Origin: a virus
IMG/VR virus record: IMGVR_UViG_3300027754_005796
Location: 32,001-96,000 of that record
DNA: 64,000 bases
Direction: 5' to 3' (one strand)
Shown here: piece by piece, positions 18,651 through 28,006 of the stretch
Layout of the letters: each line of letters begins with the position of its first letter
Numbering within the stretch: the first letter of the stretch is position 1
The notes under the pieces: model-generated
Told to the model about the DNA's origin: nothing
Databases searched by the model: none
What the model saw: only the letters and a program-made list of their open reading frames with translations
Position numbers and translations under genes: made by a program

Positions 18651-18711
18651 GTTTGCCTCACGGAGATTGCTTTTTTATAATATATCAAAGCCATCTTTAC
18701 AGGGGTATTCG

Positions 18712-19932
18712 ATGAAAATTTCAATTTTTACACCGACTCACAATACCAAGTACCTTGGTAGATTATACGAAACGATTAAGAAGCAAACATATCAAGATTA
18801 TGAATGGGTGATTGTGCCAAACAATGGAACAGAGATAAATCTTGAGCCTAATCCCAAAATCAAGATTTTCCCCACTAATGATTCCTCCAATATTGGATTT
18901 CTCAAGAATTATGCTTGCAGCAAGTCTACGGGCGAAGTTTTTTGTGAAGTAGATCATGATGATGAGCTCTTTCCAACCGCCTTGGAAGAGTGTGCCAAAG
19001 CTTTTCAAGACCCAACGGTTGATTTTGCATATAGCAATTGTTGTGATGTTGGAGAAAATTACAAGCCAAGGTTTTTTGGCGAGGCTTTTGGTTGGGTCAA
19101 CAGAAATACTGAATATGCTGGTCGAACTTTAATTGAGACTGTAGCTTTTCCTCCAAATCCTGAATCTGTAAGTAAAATCTGGTATGCCCCTAATCACTTC
19201 AGGGCATGGAGGGCAAGTTTCTACGCCAAAATTGGCGGGCATAACCCTAATCTTGACATCCTCGATGATCAAGATATCATGTGCAGAACTTATATTCAAG
19301 GCAAGATGCATCATATCGACAAGCCTCTTTATGTTTATCATTTGCACCCAGAGAACACATGTTACGGCGAAAAGAATGCCAAGATTCAGACCATGACCTT
19401 GGACCTGCATGATCAGTACATTTATCCGATGGTTGAGAAGTGGTGTGACATCAACAATTTGCCAAAAATTGATCTTTGCGGAGGGTACAGCAAGCCTAAA
19501 GGATATACCAGTATTGATCTTCTGAATGGCGATATAAACGCAGATTTGAATCAGCGATGGCCTTTTGAGGATGGGACGGTTGGTTTATTCAGAGCTCACG
19601 ATGCTCTGGAGCACATCAAGGACCCGATTCATGTGATGAAGGAAGCTTATCGTTGCTTGGCACCAAACGGTTGGTTTTTGACTTTTACTCCCTCCACGGA
19701 TGGCAGAGGGGCTTTTCAAGACCCAACTCACATCAGCTTCTGGAACAGCAACAGTTTTTGGTATTACACCAAGGCAGAAACTGCGAAGTACATCAACACT
19801 CCCGTTAAGTTTCAATTGAACAGGATCAAGAATTATTTCCCTAATGAGTATTGTGAATTGCACAATATTGTATATGTTAAAGCAGACTTATTGAAATTCA
19901 GCGGTCGCACTCCGGGCGCTATTGAAATATGA
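18712..19932 (+). CDS. GT2 glycosyltransferase fused to a SAM-methyltransferase-like domain
   Basis: ISIFTPTHN, EVDHDD; C-terminal IDLCGG, HDALEH, RCLAPNG, FQDPTH; start moved out of the tmRNA to ATG 18712. Confidence 0.88.
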   Translation: MKISIFTPTHNTKYLGRLYETIKKQTYQDYEWVIVPNNGTEINLEPNPKIKIFPTNDSSNIGFLKNYACSKSTGEVFCEVDHDDELFPTALEECAKAFQDPTVDFAYSNCCDVGENYKPRFFGEAFGWVNRNTEYAGRTLIETVAFPPNPESVSKIWYAPNHFRAWRASFYAKIGGHNPNLDILDDQDIMCRTYIQGKMHHIDKPLYVYHLHPENTCYGEKNAKIQTMTLDLHDQYIYPMVEKWCDINNLPKIDLCGGYSKPKGYTSIDLLNGDINADLNQRWPFEDGTVGLFRAHDALEHIKDPIHVMKEAYRCLAPNGWFLTFTPSTDGRGAFQDPTHISFWNSNSFWYYTKAETAKYINTPVKFQLNRIKNYFPNEYCELHNIVYVKADLLKFSGRTPGAIEI

Positions 19933-19998
19933 TTCAAGAGATGATTGCGGGGAAAAATATCTGGAATTTGGCTAACCCGGTAGATAAAGGTTAATTTT

Positions 19999-21537
19999 AT
20001 GATTCTTGCAGCATACGGCTACCACGATTCAAGTGTGTGTCTAAAAGATGGTGATCAATATTTTGTTTATGAGTTTGAGCGTTTTGCAAGAAGACGCTAT
20101 GCCGTATTAACTAAATGGTATATTGCACCGCACCAGATTGTTACAGATGAAGAATTTTTGGGGTTTTTCGATCACATCAAACAACAACACAAATTAAAAG
20201 AAATTGATGTATTTTATCATCATGAAATTTATCCTGATGATATCACACTCATCAAAAAACTGTTTGATGTAAAAGAATTTGTTCGATACGACCATCATTA
20301 CGCTCACGCAGCAAGTGTTTATAGACAAAGTCCTTTTCAAGACTGTTTCATCATCTCATACGATGGCAACGGCCAGAATAAAGATGATAGCATGAGTAGT
20401 TTCACCTTTTGGGAGGCGAGAAAAAATAAAATCAATTTGATCAAGGACTTTCAGCCTTGGGAACCATATAGTCTGGGCAACTGTTACATTTCGTTGTCTG
20501 GCGCTATGTCTTCAATAAAAAGCCATGAGAATTTGTCACGCCCCGGAAAATTGATGGGATTTTCGGGATATGGGACGGCAGTTGAGGCTTGGAAACCTCA
20601 TTTTGAAAAGTTTTTTGAGGGTGGTCATATCGAACACTTTGAAGAACTTCGTCACAATTTGGATATGAGTTTGGACAGAGACAGCTTGTCTGGTCAAATC
20701 GAAATGGATTTCGCAGCAACCATTCAATGGGCATTTGAAAATAAATTTTTCAAAGTTTTTAATTCTTTGAACATTCCGTCTGGTGCTAATATTTGCATAA
20801 CAGGTGGATGCGCCTTGAATATTTTGGTTAATCAGCGTTTATTCGACATGGGCTACAAGGTTTATGCTTCGCCTGTAAGTGGCGATTGCGGTCTTACTAC
20901 GGGCATGGTTGCCGATTATTATGGCGACAGAAATGTTGATGTCACATATCAAGGTTTTGATATACTAGACAAGGACTACAGAGATAGTGCTTTTACGGAG
21001 AAGCCTGTAAACACCGCAGAACTTGCGAAAATGCTTTGTTATGATCGAAAGATTCTTGGATATATTTGTGGACGCAGCGAAGTTGGACCAAGAGCTTTAG
21101 GCAATAGAAGTATTTTGTGTTATCCAGACATAGCTGGACTTAAAGATCGTCTTAATGCTGAAATTAAATTCAGAGAATGGTACAGGCCTTTTGGTGCTAT
21201 CTGCAAACTCGAATCTCTATCCAAATACTTTGAAAATGCTTGCGAATCACCATACATGAACTTCTGTCCTGTGTTAAAGCCTGAATACAGGTTTGATTCG
21301 ATTACTCATATTGACCAGACTTGTCGAATTCAGACTGTCACTCGTGAACAACACCCAGAAATCTATGATTTGTTGACAGAAATGGAAAAACTAGGCGCTG
21401 TGGGTCTTTTGTTGAACACATCTTTCAATATAAAAGGCCTACCAATTTTGACAAGACTCAAGGATGCATTTGACAGTATGCATCAAACCAAATTAGATGG
21501 TTTTTATTTCAATGGTAGGTATTTTGGAAGGAATTGA
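19999..21537 (+). CDS. carbamoyltransferase (NodU/CmcH family)
   Basis: HDSS, HHYAHA, DGNG, GKLMG, GGCALN, GRSEVGPRALGNRS, KFREWYRPF, LLNTSFN. Confidence 0.93.
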   Translation: MILAAYGYHDSSVCLKDGDQYFVYEFERFARRRYAVLTKWYIAPHQIVTDEEFLGFFDHIKQQHKLKEIDVFYHHEIYPDDITLIKKLFDVKEFVRYDHHYAHAASVYRQSPFQDCFIISYDGNGQNKDDSMSSFTFWEARKNKINLIKDFQPWEPYSLGNCYISLSGAMSSIKSHENLSRPGKLMGFSGYGTAVEAWKPHFEKFFEGGHIEHFEELRHNLDMSLDRDSLSGQIEMDFAATIQWAFENKFFKVFNSLNIPSGANICITGGCALNILVNQRLFDMGYKVYASPVSGDCGLTTGMVADYYGDRNVDVTYQGFDILDKDYRDSAFTEKPVNTAELAKMLCYDRKILGYICGRSEVGPRALGNRSILCYPDIAGLKDRLNAEIKFREWYRPFGAICKLESLSKYFENACESPYMNFCPVLKPEYRFDSITHIDQTCRIQTVTREQHPEIYDLLTEMEKLGAVGLLLNTSFNIKGLPILTRLKDAFDSMHQTKLDGFYFNGRYFGRN

Positions 21538-21538
21538 A

Positions 21539-22033
21539 ATGGAACCAATCTTGCTTTCAAAAGAGTATATTCTTGTAATCGATACTGACAAAATAGCATA
21601 TGATTTTTACAAGGAGCTTTGCTCATATTGCACGGGATTCACTCATGAGTCTGCAAGAGATAATTTGTTTAGCGATATGTTTGACGAAGAAGTAGAAGAG
21701 GCAAATTTATTTGCCGAAATGATTTCAGACAGATTGGACGATGATGGCTACCTTGCTCCATCTTGCGTCTGGTTGAACAAAAGATATCGCTGCAACGATG
21801 TCGGTAGGTATGAATTGCTGGATGAAAATAATTTCGAGGAATATTCTTGTCCAGCGCCCATGAGTATAGGAATATTTCTCAGTCAAGAGCCAGAGCAACG
21901 GCATTTGGATGTGATTAAACAAAGAGCCAAACAATTCTTTGAGAAAGTTTGGAAACCAGCCGGTGTTGTGGCAATCGAAGGTTTTAGGCTGATCGTCCAT
22001 ACCAAATATGGTGAGGAGAGGATCATAGACTAG
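21539..22033 (+). CDS. hypothetical protein
   Basis: ORF following the carbamoyltransferase. Confidence 0.65.
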   Translation: MEPILLSKEYILVIDTDKIAYDFYKELCSYCTGFTHESARDNLFSDMFDEEVEEANLFAEMISDRLDDDGYLAPSCVWLNKRYRCNDVGRYELLDENNFEEYSCPAPMSIGIFLSQEPEQRHLDVIKQRAKQFFEKVWKPAGVVAIEGFRLIVHTKYGEERIID

Positions 22034-22058
22034 ACTTTTTTCACATTTGTGTTATCTT
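22031..22058 (+). promoter_or_regulatory. possible sigma70 promoter for dnaE C-half
   Basis: TAGACT-16 nt-TATCTT with TG at the extended -10 position. Confidence 0.45.
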
Positions 22059-22085
22059 GATTTGTCGAAATAATCGAGGCAGCAC

Positions 22086-24833
22086 ATGAGTCGTGAAGAA
22101 TTTATACATGTTTTGGACAAGGCATTCAAGAATAGCGGACACGCCAATGATGTCCGTTATCAGAAAAGGTATAAGTGGGAATTTGATGAGATTTTAGGGA
22201 AAGAAAAATACCAGTATTTTTTTGATCTGTATAAAACAAAAACTCGCTATCCGCAGAATCAAAACAATCTTTTGGTCTGCAAGTTATTGGGAATTGTTCC
22301 CGATTTTGATATAGATAAAGAACCCGCCTATGTTTTTACAGGCGATTTGCCAGATATCGATATCGACTACTTGCCTGCTGTGCGTGATTATTTAAAAAAC
22401 ACTTGGGCAAGTAAGACATTTGGCGAAGAGTATGTTTGCAATATTGGGAACTACACTACTTTTGGATTAAAGTCCGCTCTGATTGACATGGCTCGTGTCC
22501 ATGATGAATCTCGTGAAGAGATAATGGCGATTACTAAAAACTTAGAGGCGAAGGATGATGAAGGTAATCCCATGACTTGGGACGCTGCCTTGCGTTTGAA
22601 TTTAGAGCTTAAGGAGTATGCTGATAAGTATCCACAGATCGCAGATGCTGCTCGTAGATTGGTGAACCGCAATCGTGGCATGGGTGTTCATGCTGCTGGG
22701 CTTATTGTTTCAAGCATTCCCCTGCATGATCTTGTGCCCTTGGTGAAAAGAAAAGATACCCCACAGGCATCGGCATGGGTGGAAGGCTTGCATGGTCAGG
22801 ACTTGCAGCCTGTAGGGTTGGTAAAGTTTGATTTACTGGTTATTTCAAACTTATTGCAGATTGCTCGGTGTTGTGAATTGGTTAAGAATCGTCGTGGCTT
22901 AAAGGGCATTTGCAATCGTCCAAACGAACCCGACTGGACAGATGTTGATCAATGGCGAAACGATCCTGAAGCACTTTCGATGGCAAATGCCGGTGATCTG
23001 AAGTGTATTTTCCAGTTTGATAGCGAGGGCATGCGAGGTCTTATCCGTTCTGGTGGTGTTGATCGATTTGAAGACTTAGTGGCCTATTCTGCGCTTTTTA
23101 GGCCGGGTTGCTTAGCGTCAGGTATGACCAAGCGTTATGTTGAACGCAAGAAGGGTCGTGAGAAATTTTCTATCCATCCTCTGATGCAGCCCATTCTTGA
23201 AAAAACTTATGGGATTATGGTCTATCAAGAACAAATCATGCAGGTATTGTATGTGGTCGGTGATATTCCTTTAAAAGACTGTGAAATTATTCGTAAAGCG
23301 ATCAGTAAGAAGAAGATTGAGGCTTTTATCAAATATAAAGAAATGTTCATTGTCAATGGACAAAGGAATCTGCAAGCTTCAGAAGAATATTTGGTTGAGC
23401 TTTTTCAGCAGGTCGAGACATTTTCAGAGTACGGGTTTAACGCTTCTCATGCAGTTGCTTACAATTACATTTCTAGCATGTTGTTGTATCTCAAAGCCCA
23501 TTATTCTCATGAGTTCTATGCTTCTATGTTGAGTTGTGAAACTCTGAGTGAAAAAATCAAGGATTACAAAATGGAGGCCAAGGTGCATGGGGTGGACATG
23601 CATCGTCTTGATATCAATAAATCTAAGGTCAATTTTGAATTGATTGGCGATATGATTTATTATGGGTTTTCAAAGGTGAAGGGAATAGGAGACAAACCAG
23701 CAGAAAAGATTGTCGCTGGGCAACCTTACAAATCGTTCGAGGACTTTTTGTATCGTTGCACAACTGACTCATCTATTTTGAAACCAATTCTTGGTTTGCG
23801 TTGTTTTCGTGATCGTGATCCAGTTGTGCTTTGGAAGTTTGCTGATCATTTCAAAGACTGCATGAAAAAGAATGACGATAAAAAAAAGCGATATGAAAAG
23901 TCGTTGGAAAAGTATGAAATGGAGTTCAAGGAGCTTGTCCCATCTGATACTAGACTTTTGAGTGATTTTTCCGGCGATCAGCCTTTTGATGCTGATGAAT
24001 GGAAAAAGTACGATGTCAACGAACTAGTGGATGTGGATCAAGAAACTGAGTGCGAGCAGTCCGAGGGAGGCGAGGCAAGGATCGTTAAGGAAGAAGTGAC
24101 AGTTGATGATACTGATGTGTTGGTTGAGCGTGAAGTCACACGCTATTTCAAGATTGTAAAAATCAAAAAGCCTAGAAATGTTTTGGTGCAATTAAAGAAG
24201 TTGTGGAAGAAGCGAAAGCTGACCATAGATCGCCGTATGAATGCGACTTTCAAGGAATTGCCTCAGTTGGTTGAGTTTAATGGTGATGAGCATCAAATTG
24301 ATGATAGTCTTTTGAAGGAATTGCGTGATCCGGTCCAATGTGAGCAGCTTTATTATGGATGGGCTTGGATACATGAATTGGAGCGCAGTCCAGACTACAA
24401 GGGGAATCTGACTTTTGATGCTCTTCGCAACAATATTGATCAAGTTGCAGGTCCTGCGGAATTACAGATTAAGAAAAGCGCATCTGTAAAGAGTCAGAAG
24501 GGAACGACATATAGGCAGATAATTGCTGAGGATGTGACTGGACAGGAGAATAAGATCAATATTTGGGCCGAGGATTGGGGGCGTTGGGCAGAAGAATTTA
24601 AAGTTGGTAACTTACTTAGAGTACGGATACAGCCTCCGTCTGGCGGGTTCAATACTTTTACTTTGGAATCGAACCAGCTAGGCAAATACCGTGGCAGCAA
24701 AAAATATCGGGACAAGGATGATGATCCAAGGGTTTTTGTCATGCAATTTGGCAAGAAAGAAGAGGAAAAATTTCTTAGCGACGAGGAGGCATTGTTACAG
24801 TTTTCGGCTTGTAAAATGAAAGAGAAACCATGA
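22086..24833 (+). CDS. dnaE: DNA polymerase III alpha, C-terminal half (catalytic palm, fingers, HhH, OB)
   Basis: LPDIDIDY catalytic aspartates; GVHAAG; GLVKFDLL; IFQFDS; RPG; TYGIMVYQEQ; YGFNASHAVAY; KVKGIG. Confidence 0.95.
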   Translation: MSREEFIHVLDKAFKNSGHANDVRYQKRYKWEFDEILGKEKYQYFFDLYKTKTRYPQNQNNLLVCKLLGIVPDFDIDKEPAYVFTGDLPDIDIDYLPAVRDYLKNTWASKTFGEEYVCNIGNYTTFGLKSALIDMARVHDESREEIMAITKNLEAKDDEGNPMTWDAALRLNLELKEYADKYPQIADAARRLVNRNRGMGVHAAGLIVSSIPLHDLVPLVKRKDTPQASAWVEGLHGQDLQPVGLVKFDLLVISNLLQIARCCELVKNRRGLKGICNRPNEPDWTDVDQWRNDPEALSMANAGDLKCIFQFDSEGMRGLIRSGGVDRFEDLVAYSALFRPGCLASGMTKRYVERKKGREKFSIHPLMQPILEKTYGIMVYQEQIMQVLYVVGDIPLKDCEIIRKAISKKKIEAFIKYKEMFIVNGQRNLQASEEYLVELFQQVETFSEYGFNASHAVAYNYISSMLLYLKAHYSHEFYASMLSCETLSEKIKDYKMEAKVHGVDMHRLDINKSKVNFELIGDMIYYGFSKVKGIGDKPAEKIVAGQPYKSFEDFLYRCTTDSSILKPILGLRCFRDRDPVVLWKFADHFKDCMKKNDDKKKRYEKSLEKYEMEFKELVPSDTRLLSDFSGDQPFDADEWKKYDVNELVDVDQETECEQSEGGEARIVKEEVTVDDTDVLVEREVTRYFKIVKIKKPRNVLVQLKKLWKKRKLTIDRRMNATFKELPQLVEFNGDEHQIDDSLLKELRDPVQCEQLYYGWAWIHELERSPDYKGNLTFDALRNNIDQVAGPAELQIKKSASVKSQKGTTYRQIIAEDVTGQENKINIWAEDWGRWAEEFKVGNLLRVRIQPPSGGFNTFTLESNQLGKYRGSKKYRDKDDDPRVFVMQFGKKEEEKFLSDEEALLQFSACKMKEKP

Positions 24834-25321
24834 GTGAGTTGGTTATAGATGAAAGCAATTTCTCCCAATATTTCAGAGATTGCCGTATGCATCGTCCAGA
24901 GCGTGGAGATGTCATGGCTTGTTATATTGCTGTTGCCGAGTTTGTTGATGGTGCGATGAAAAAGGATGTTATTGAGTTGTTGTTAAACCATGAGAAGGCT
25001 TTGGCAGCTACCAGAGTCCTAAGGAAGCTTGGTTGCGCCAAAGAAAGAGATGCCATTAGAATCTGTCGTGAAATTGCTGAAGATTTGGCAAATGGCATGA
25101 ACAAGGAAGAGGTTGAGAACAAGCCTTATGAGTATGAATTAGAGGCTTTTTATTATACCAAGAAGGAATATGTTCCAGTTGATGATTCTCATTGGTCAAT
25201 AATTAGCCTTAGCAATCTCGATCAATTCTTGGACAAGGAAAAGAAGGTGCAGATGTCTGCCAAATTTGTCCGTAATGAACACCCTAGTCAGGATAATGTT
25301 TCTGATGAAGCGCAAGTATAA
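24830..25321 (+). CDS. hypothetical protein
   Basis: ATGA overlap with dnaE-C. Confidence 0.7.
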   Translation: MSELVIDESNFSQYFRDCRMHRPERGDVMACYIAVAEFVDGAMKKDVIELLLNHEKALAATRVLRKLGCAKERDAIRICREIAEDLANGMNKEEVENKPYEYELEAFYYTKKEYVPVDDSHWSIISLSNLDQFLDKEKKVQMSAKFVRNEHPSQDNVSDEAQV

Positions 25322-25865
25322 TGAGACGATTTTTATAGAAACTCCTTACAGGCCTGAGTTGGGTTCATTTTCCAAACCTAAAGGCTTGATCGAAGGTCGC
25401 TACAAGATTGATCATTGGTTTTATTGCCGTGAGTTGTTCCACAATATTTTTTTCAGAATCAAAATGCTCTTTTTTTCGCATGGCGCTAATAAAGGCGCTC
25501 ATGTCGCTGCTTTCATGCAGGAAATTGAAAACAGGCTGAATGTGGTGCCAAGGTCGGAATATGGACCGACCCAAAGAAAAAATATTATGTGGATAAAACC
25601 TAGCAAATGGTGGCTTCAATATTCGATGCGAAGGTCTTTGTTTACAATTTTGTTGCGTACTGGAATTCATTACAACGCTACTAAGAAAAACTTTGATGAA
25701 GCAGTCTTAGCTCAAAAATATCTTAAAAGCACGCCTTATGCTTTTGAAAGATTTATGGCTGGGTGTACAAAGTATGTTGGTCACAAAAGAGGCTGGTACA
25801 AGCAGTTTTTTCACTTGAATCCCAACAAGAAAGAGATAGATAAATTGTTGGTAAAGCCTAAATAA
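25305..25865 (+). CDS. hypothetical protein, paralog of 53477-54139
   Basis: WxxCRExF, FFSH, PSKxW, RSLFTIL, RFM.G.TKYVG shared with the paralog. Confidence 0.75.
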   Translation: MKRKYNETIFIETPYRPELGSFSKPKGLIEGRYKIDHWFYCRELFHNIFFRIKMLFFSHGANKGAHVAAFMQEIENRLNVVPRSEYGPTQRKNIMWIKPSKWWLQYSMRRSLFTILLRTGIHYNATKKNFDEAVLAQKYLKSTPYAFERFMAGCTKYVGHKRGWYKQFFHLNPNKKEIDKLLVKPK

Positions 25866-26331
25866 ATAATTTTCTACATATATAAGTCGTAAGTATAACC
25901 TAAGGAATTTTTATGAACCCTACAAGCGATATGATGGACGACCTCAACAAGTACGCTGCCATCTGGGACAAGGCTGTTGCGAATGGGGTTTTTGACGATG
26001 CTTCCAAGCCTGTTGCCAAAAGGACTAGTGATTCAAACGGCTTTTTTGGCAACAGCATTAGCGACGACTATGACATGGACGGGCCTATCAACGAATAAAT
26101 AATTTGCGACATATATAAGTAATAAGTTCAATCTGAGGAATTTTCATGAACACTACCAGCGATATGATGGCAGATATTAACAAGTATGCTGCAATCTGGG
26201 ACAAGGCTGTTGCGAACGGCGTGTTTGACGATGCTACCAAGCCTGCTGTAACACAGCCCGGCGATGACGAGTCAACCGACTTTTTTGGCAATTACATGAG
26301 CGACGAATATGACATAGACAGACCCATGAAT
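25861..26331 (+). repeat. tandem duplication (~235 bp unit) of promoter plus 5' gene segment
   Basis: aataaataattt..acatatataagt..aggaatttt..ATGaac..gatatgatgg..atctgggacaaggctgttgcgaa occurs at 25861 and 26094. Confidence 0.92.
25913..26098 (+). CDS. truncated duplicate of the N-terminus of the next gene (61 aa)
   Basis: MNPTSDMMDDLNKYAAIWDKAVANGVFDDA versus MNTTSDMMADINKYAAIWDKAVANGVFDDA. Confidence 0.7.
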   Translation: MNPTSDMMDDLNKYAAIWDKAVANGVFDDASKPVAKRTSDSNGFFGNSISDDYDMDGPINE

Positions 26332-26748
26332 GAGGTAGATTGCAAGTATTGGGCCATGCTTTCTAAGAGTGCAGCCGATAGAAGCGCTTATGAACTCAAA
26401 TTTAATGAGGAGCGCAAGGTCAGCAAAAAAGAGGCGAAAGCGGCTTCCAATAAGCTTGGCAGCACATTTAATCCTGTTTATTCCAACACTCAGGGCAAGG
26501 ATCAAGATGTCATTGTCACCCAAAATTGGGGAGTTGGTGGCAAGAAGCTCAATGACTTGGAAGATTTGAAGAAGCGTCTTTATGAGTTGGAAGTCAAACT
26601 AAATTCGGCTGGGATTGTTACTGCTGATAAAAAGAAGAAAAAGAAAGATTCCGACGAGAGCACCATTCTAAAAGGACTTGCTGATCTCAAGGCCCAAATT
26701 GATGAACTTAGTAATAAACTTAATGGTAATCGCAACGACGAAAATTGA
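26146..26748 (+). CDS. hypothetical protein with C-terminal coiled coils
   Basis: GAGG RBS; 200 aa. Confidence 0.8.
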   Translation: MNTTSDMMADINKYAAIWDKAVANGVFDDATKPAVTQPGDDESTDFFGNYMSDEYDIDRPMNEVDCKYWAMLSKSAADRSAYELKFNEERKVSKKEAKAASNKLGSTFNPVYSNTQGKDQDVIVTQNWGVGGKKLNDLEDLKKRLYELEVKLNSAGIVTADKKKKKKDSDESTILKGLADLKAQIDELSNKLNGNRNDEN

Positions 26749-26801
26749 TTTGATATAGCTTAAATCCTTACAATTGTTTGTACTATTGTGAGGATTTTTT
26801 T

Positions 26802-27356
26802 ATGGCCGTTGCACCTTGGAAAGCATCCGAAGAAGTTCTTAATTTGCTGCAAAAAGTAAAGCAGAAGCACCATTCTCCTAGGTTGGATGGTGCTTCTGTT
26901 GCTATTTGCTTTATTGAAGCTAAGAGTTTTATCAAAAATAAGTTAAATCTCGGAAAGTTGAGCAAATTTGCTCCTACTGCTCGTTTGTATCAAAATATCA
27001 AACATGATTTTTGTTTGTGTATTCCATTCGATCTTTGGCAAGATGTTCTTAATGAAACGCAAAGAGATGCGTTTTTGGACCTGCATCTGACTCGATTGAC
27101 TGTGGAGTATGTTCCTGAAACCGTAGAGGAAAATGGCAAGAAATTTAAAGTGACCGATGATTGGGGTAGAATCAAGTACACAGAGGAAGTGAAGTACGAC
27201 GAGGAGGGAAACCCTTTCTGGAAGATCGAGCCTTTGGATTTAGAAGTTTTTGCCAAAAATGTGAGTAGATATGGATTGTGGCAAGAGGAATTGGTTTCTT
27301 TAAGTGAAGCCATTAAAGCAAGCGAGGGTAATGATGGGGCGCTCCAAACTGATTGA
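26802..27356 (+). CDS. phage metallopeptidase-like protein, HExxH apparently lost
   Basis: HH.PRL..A.VAI, LGK.SK, DF.L.I..D.W..L...QRDAFLDLHL pattern. Confidence 0.55.
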   Translation: MAVAPWKASEEVLNLLQKVKQKHHSPRLDGASVAICFIEAKSFIKNKLNLGKLSKFAPTARLYQNIKHDFCLCIPFDLWQDVLNETQRDAFLDLHLTRLTVEYVPETVEENGKKFKVTDDWGRIKYTEEVKYDEEGNPFWKIEPLDLEVFAKNVSRYGLWQEELVSLSEAIKASEGNDGALQTD

Positions 27357-27771
27357 GATAACTGTTTTGGGCGTGTGGTTATTAATTGCGGTTTTGTTCT
27401 TTTTTAAGACAAAATTACCACATAAAGATGAAATAGTTTTGCCAGAGGGTTTGAATACAGACACTCTTTCGAGTGTCGATAAAGGCAAGGATTTCGACCT
27501 GCGCAAAATAGTTTTGATGGAGGATGGCAGGTTTGATTTGACATTGAAAGACGATACCTCCAGCAGAATTCTTGCTGACCTGACAGTACAAATTGTTAAG
27601 GGATCTAGGGGAAAGGTTTTGGATTTCTTGAATATCATCACGAAACCGAGAGTTCTATTGAGGGAAAGAAAGTTTGATGGCAAGTGGCTGGTAGATGTTT
27701 TTGTTGTCGCTGATGGTAAAGAAATGAATCTTGCAGACTGGTTGAAGGATAACAATTTAGCTTACAAATGA
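27331..27771 (+). CDS. membrane-anchored hypothetical protein
   Basis: N-terminal TM; C-terminal DVFV..DGK.MNLADWL..NNLAY. Confidence 0.65.
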   Translation: MMGRSKLIEITVLGVWLLIAVLFFFKTKLPHKDEIVLPEGLNTDTLSSVDKGKDFDLRKIVLMEDGRFDLTLKDDTSSRILADLTVQIVKGSRGKVLDFLNIITKPRVLLRERKFDGKWLVDVFVVADGKEMNLADWLKDNNLAYK

Positions 27772-27783
27772 CTATGATATTGC

Positions 27784-28002
27784 ATGGAAAACAATTTTAT
27801 AATCCGTTGTCTTAAATGTAGATGGGCACAGTTGACTACTGGTTTGCCTGACGACTTGAAGGGTTTGTACGAGGTAGCAAATAGTTGTTCCAAATGTGGT
27901 AAACCCAGAGAATTTCGCTGCCCAAAATGTGGTCGTAATTCAAAAATGACTCGAATTCGTGGTGGTGGTCATACCGCTACAGAACAAAAAAATCCCGAGT
28001 AA
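27784..28002 (+). CDS. small zinc-ribbon protein
   Basis: CLKC, CSKC, CPKC. Confidence 0.75.
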   Translation: MENNFIIRCLKCRWAQLTTGLPDDLKGLYEVANSCSKCGKPREFRCPKCGRNSKMTRIRGGGHTATEQKNPE

Positions 28003-28006
28003 AACT

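Noticed and set aside
18583-18711. ORF-track N-terminal extension of the glycosyltransferase
   Set aside because: It overlaps the tmRNA 3' end and its terminator; the real start is ATG 18712.
17040-22350. Split intein joining the two DnaE halves
   Set aside because: No Cys/Ser-initiated N-intein at the end of the N-half, and no HN|C/S/T C-intein at the start of the C-half.
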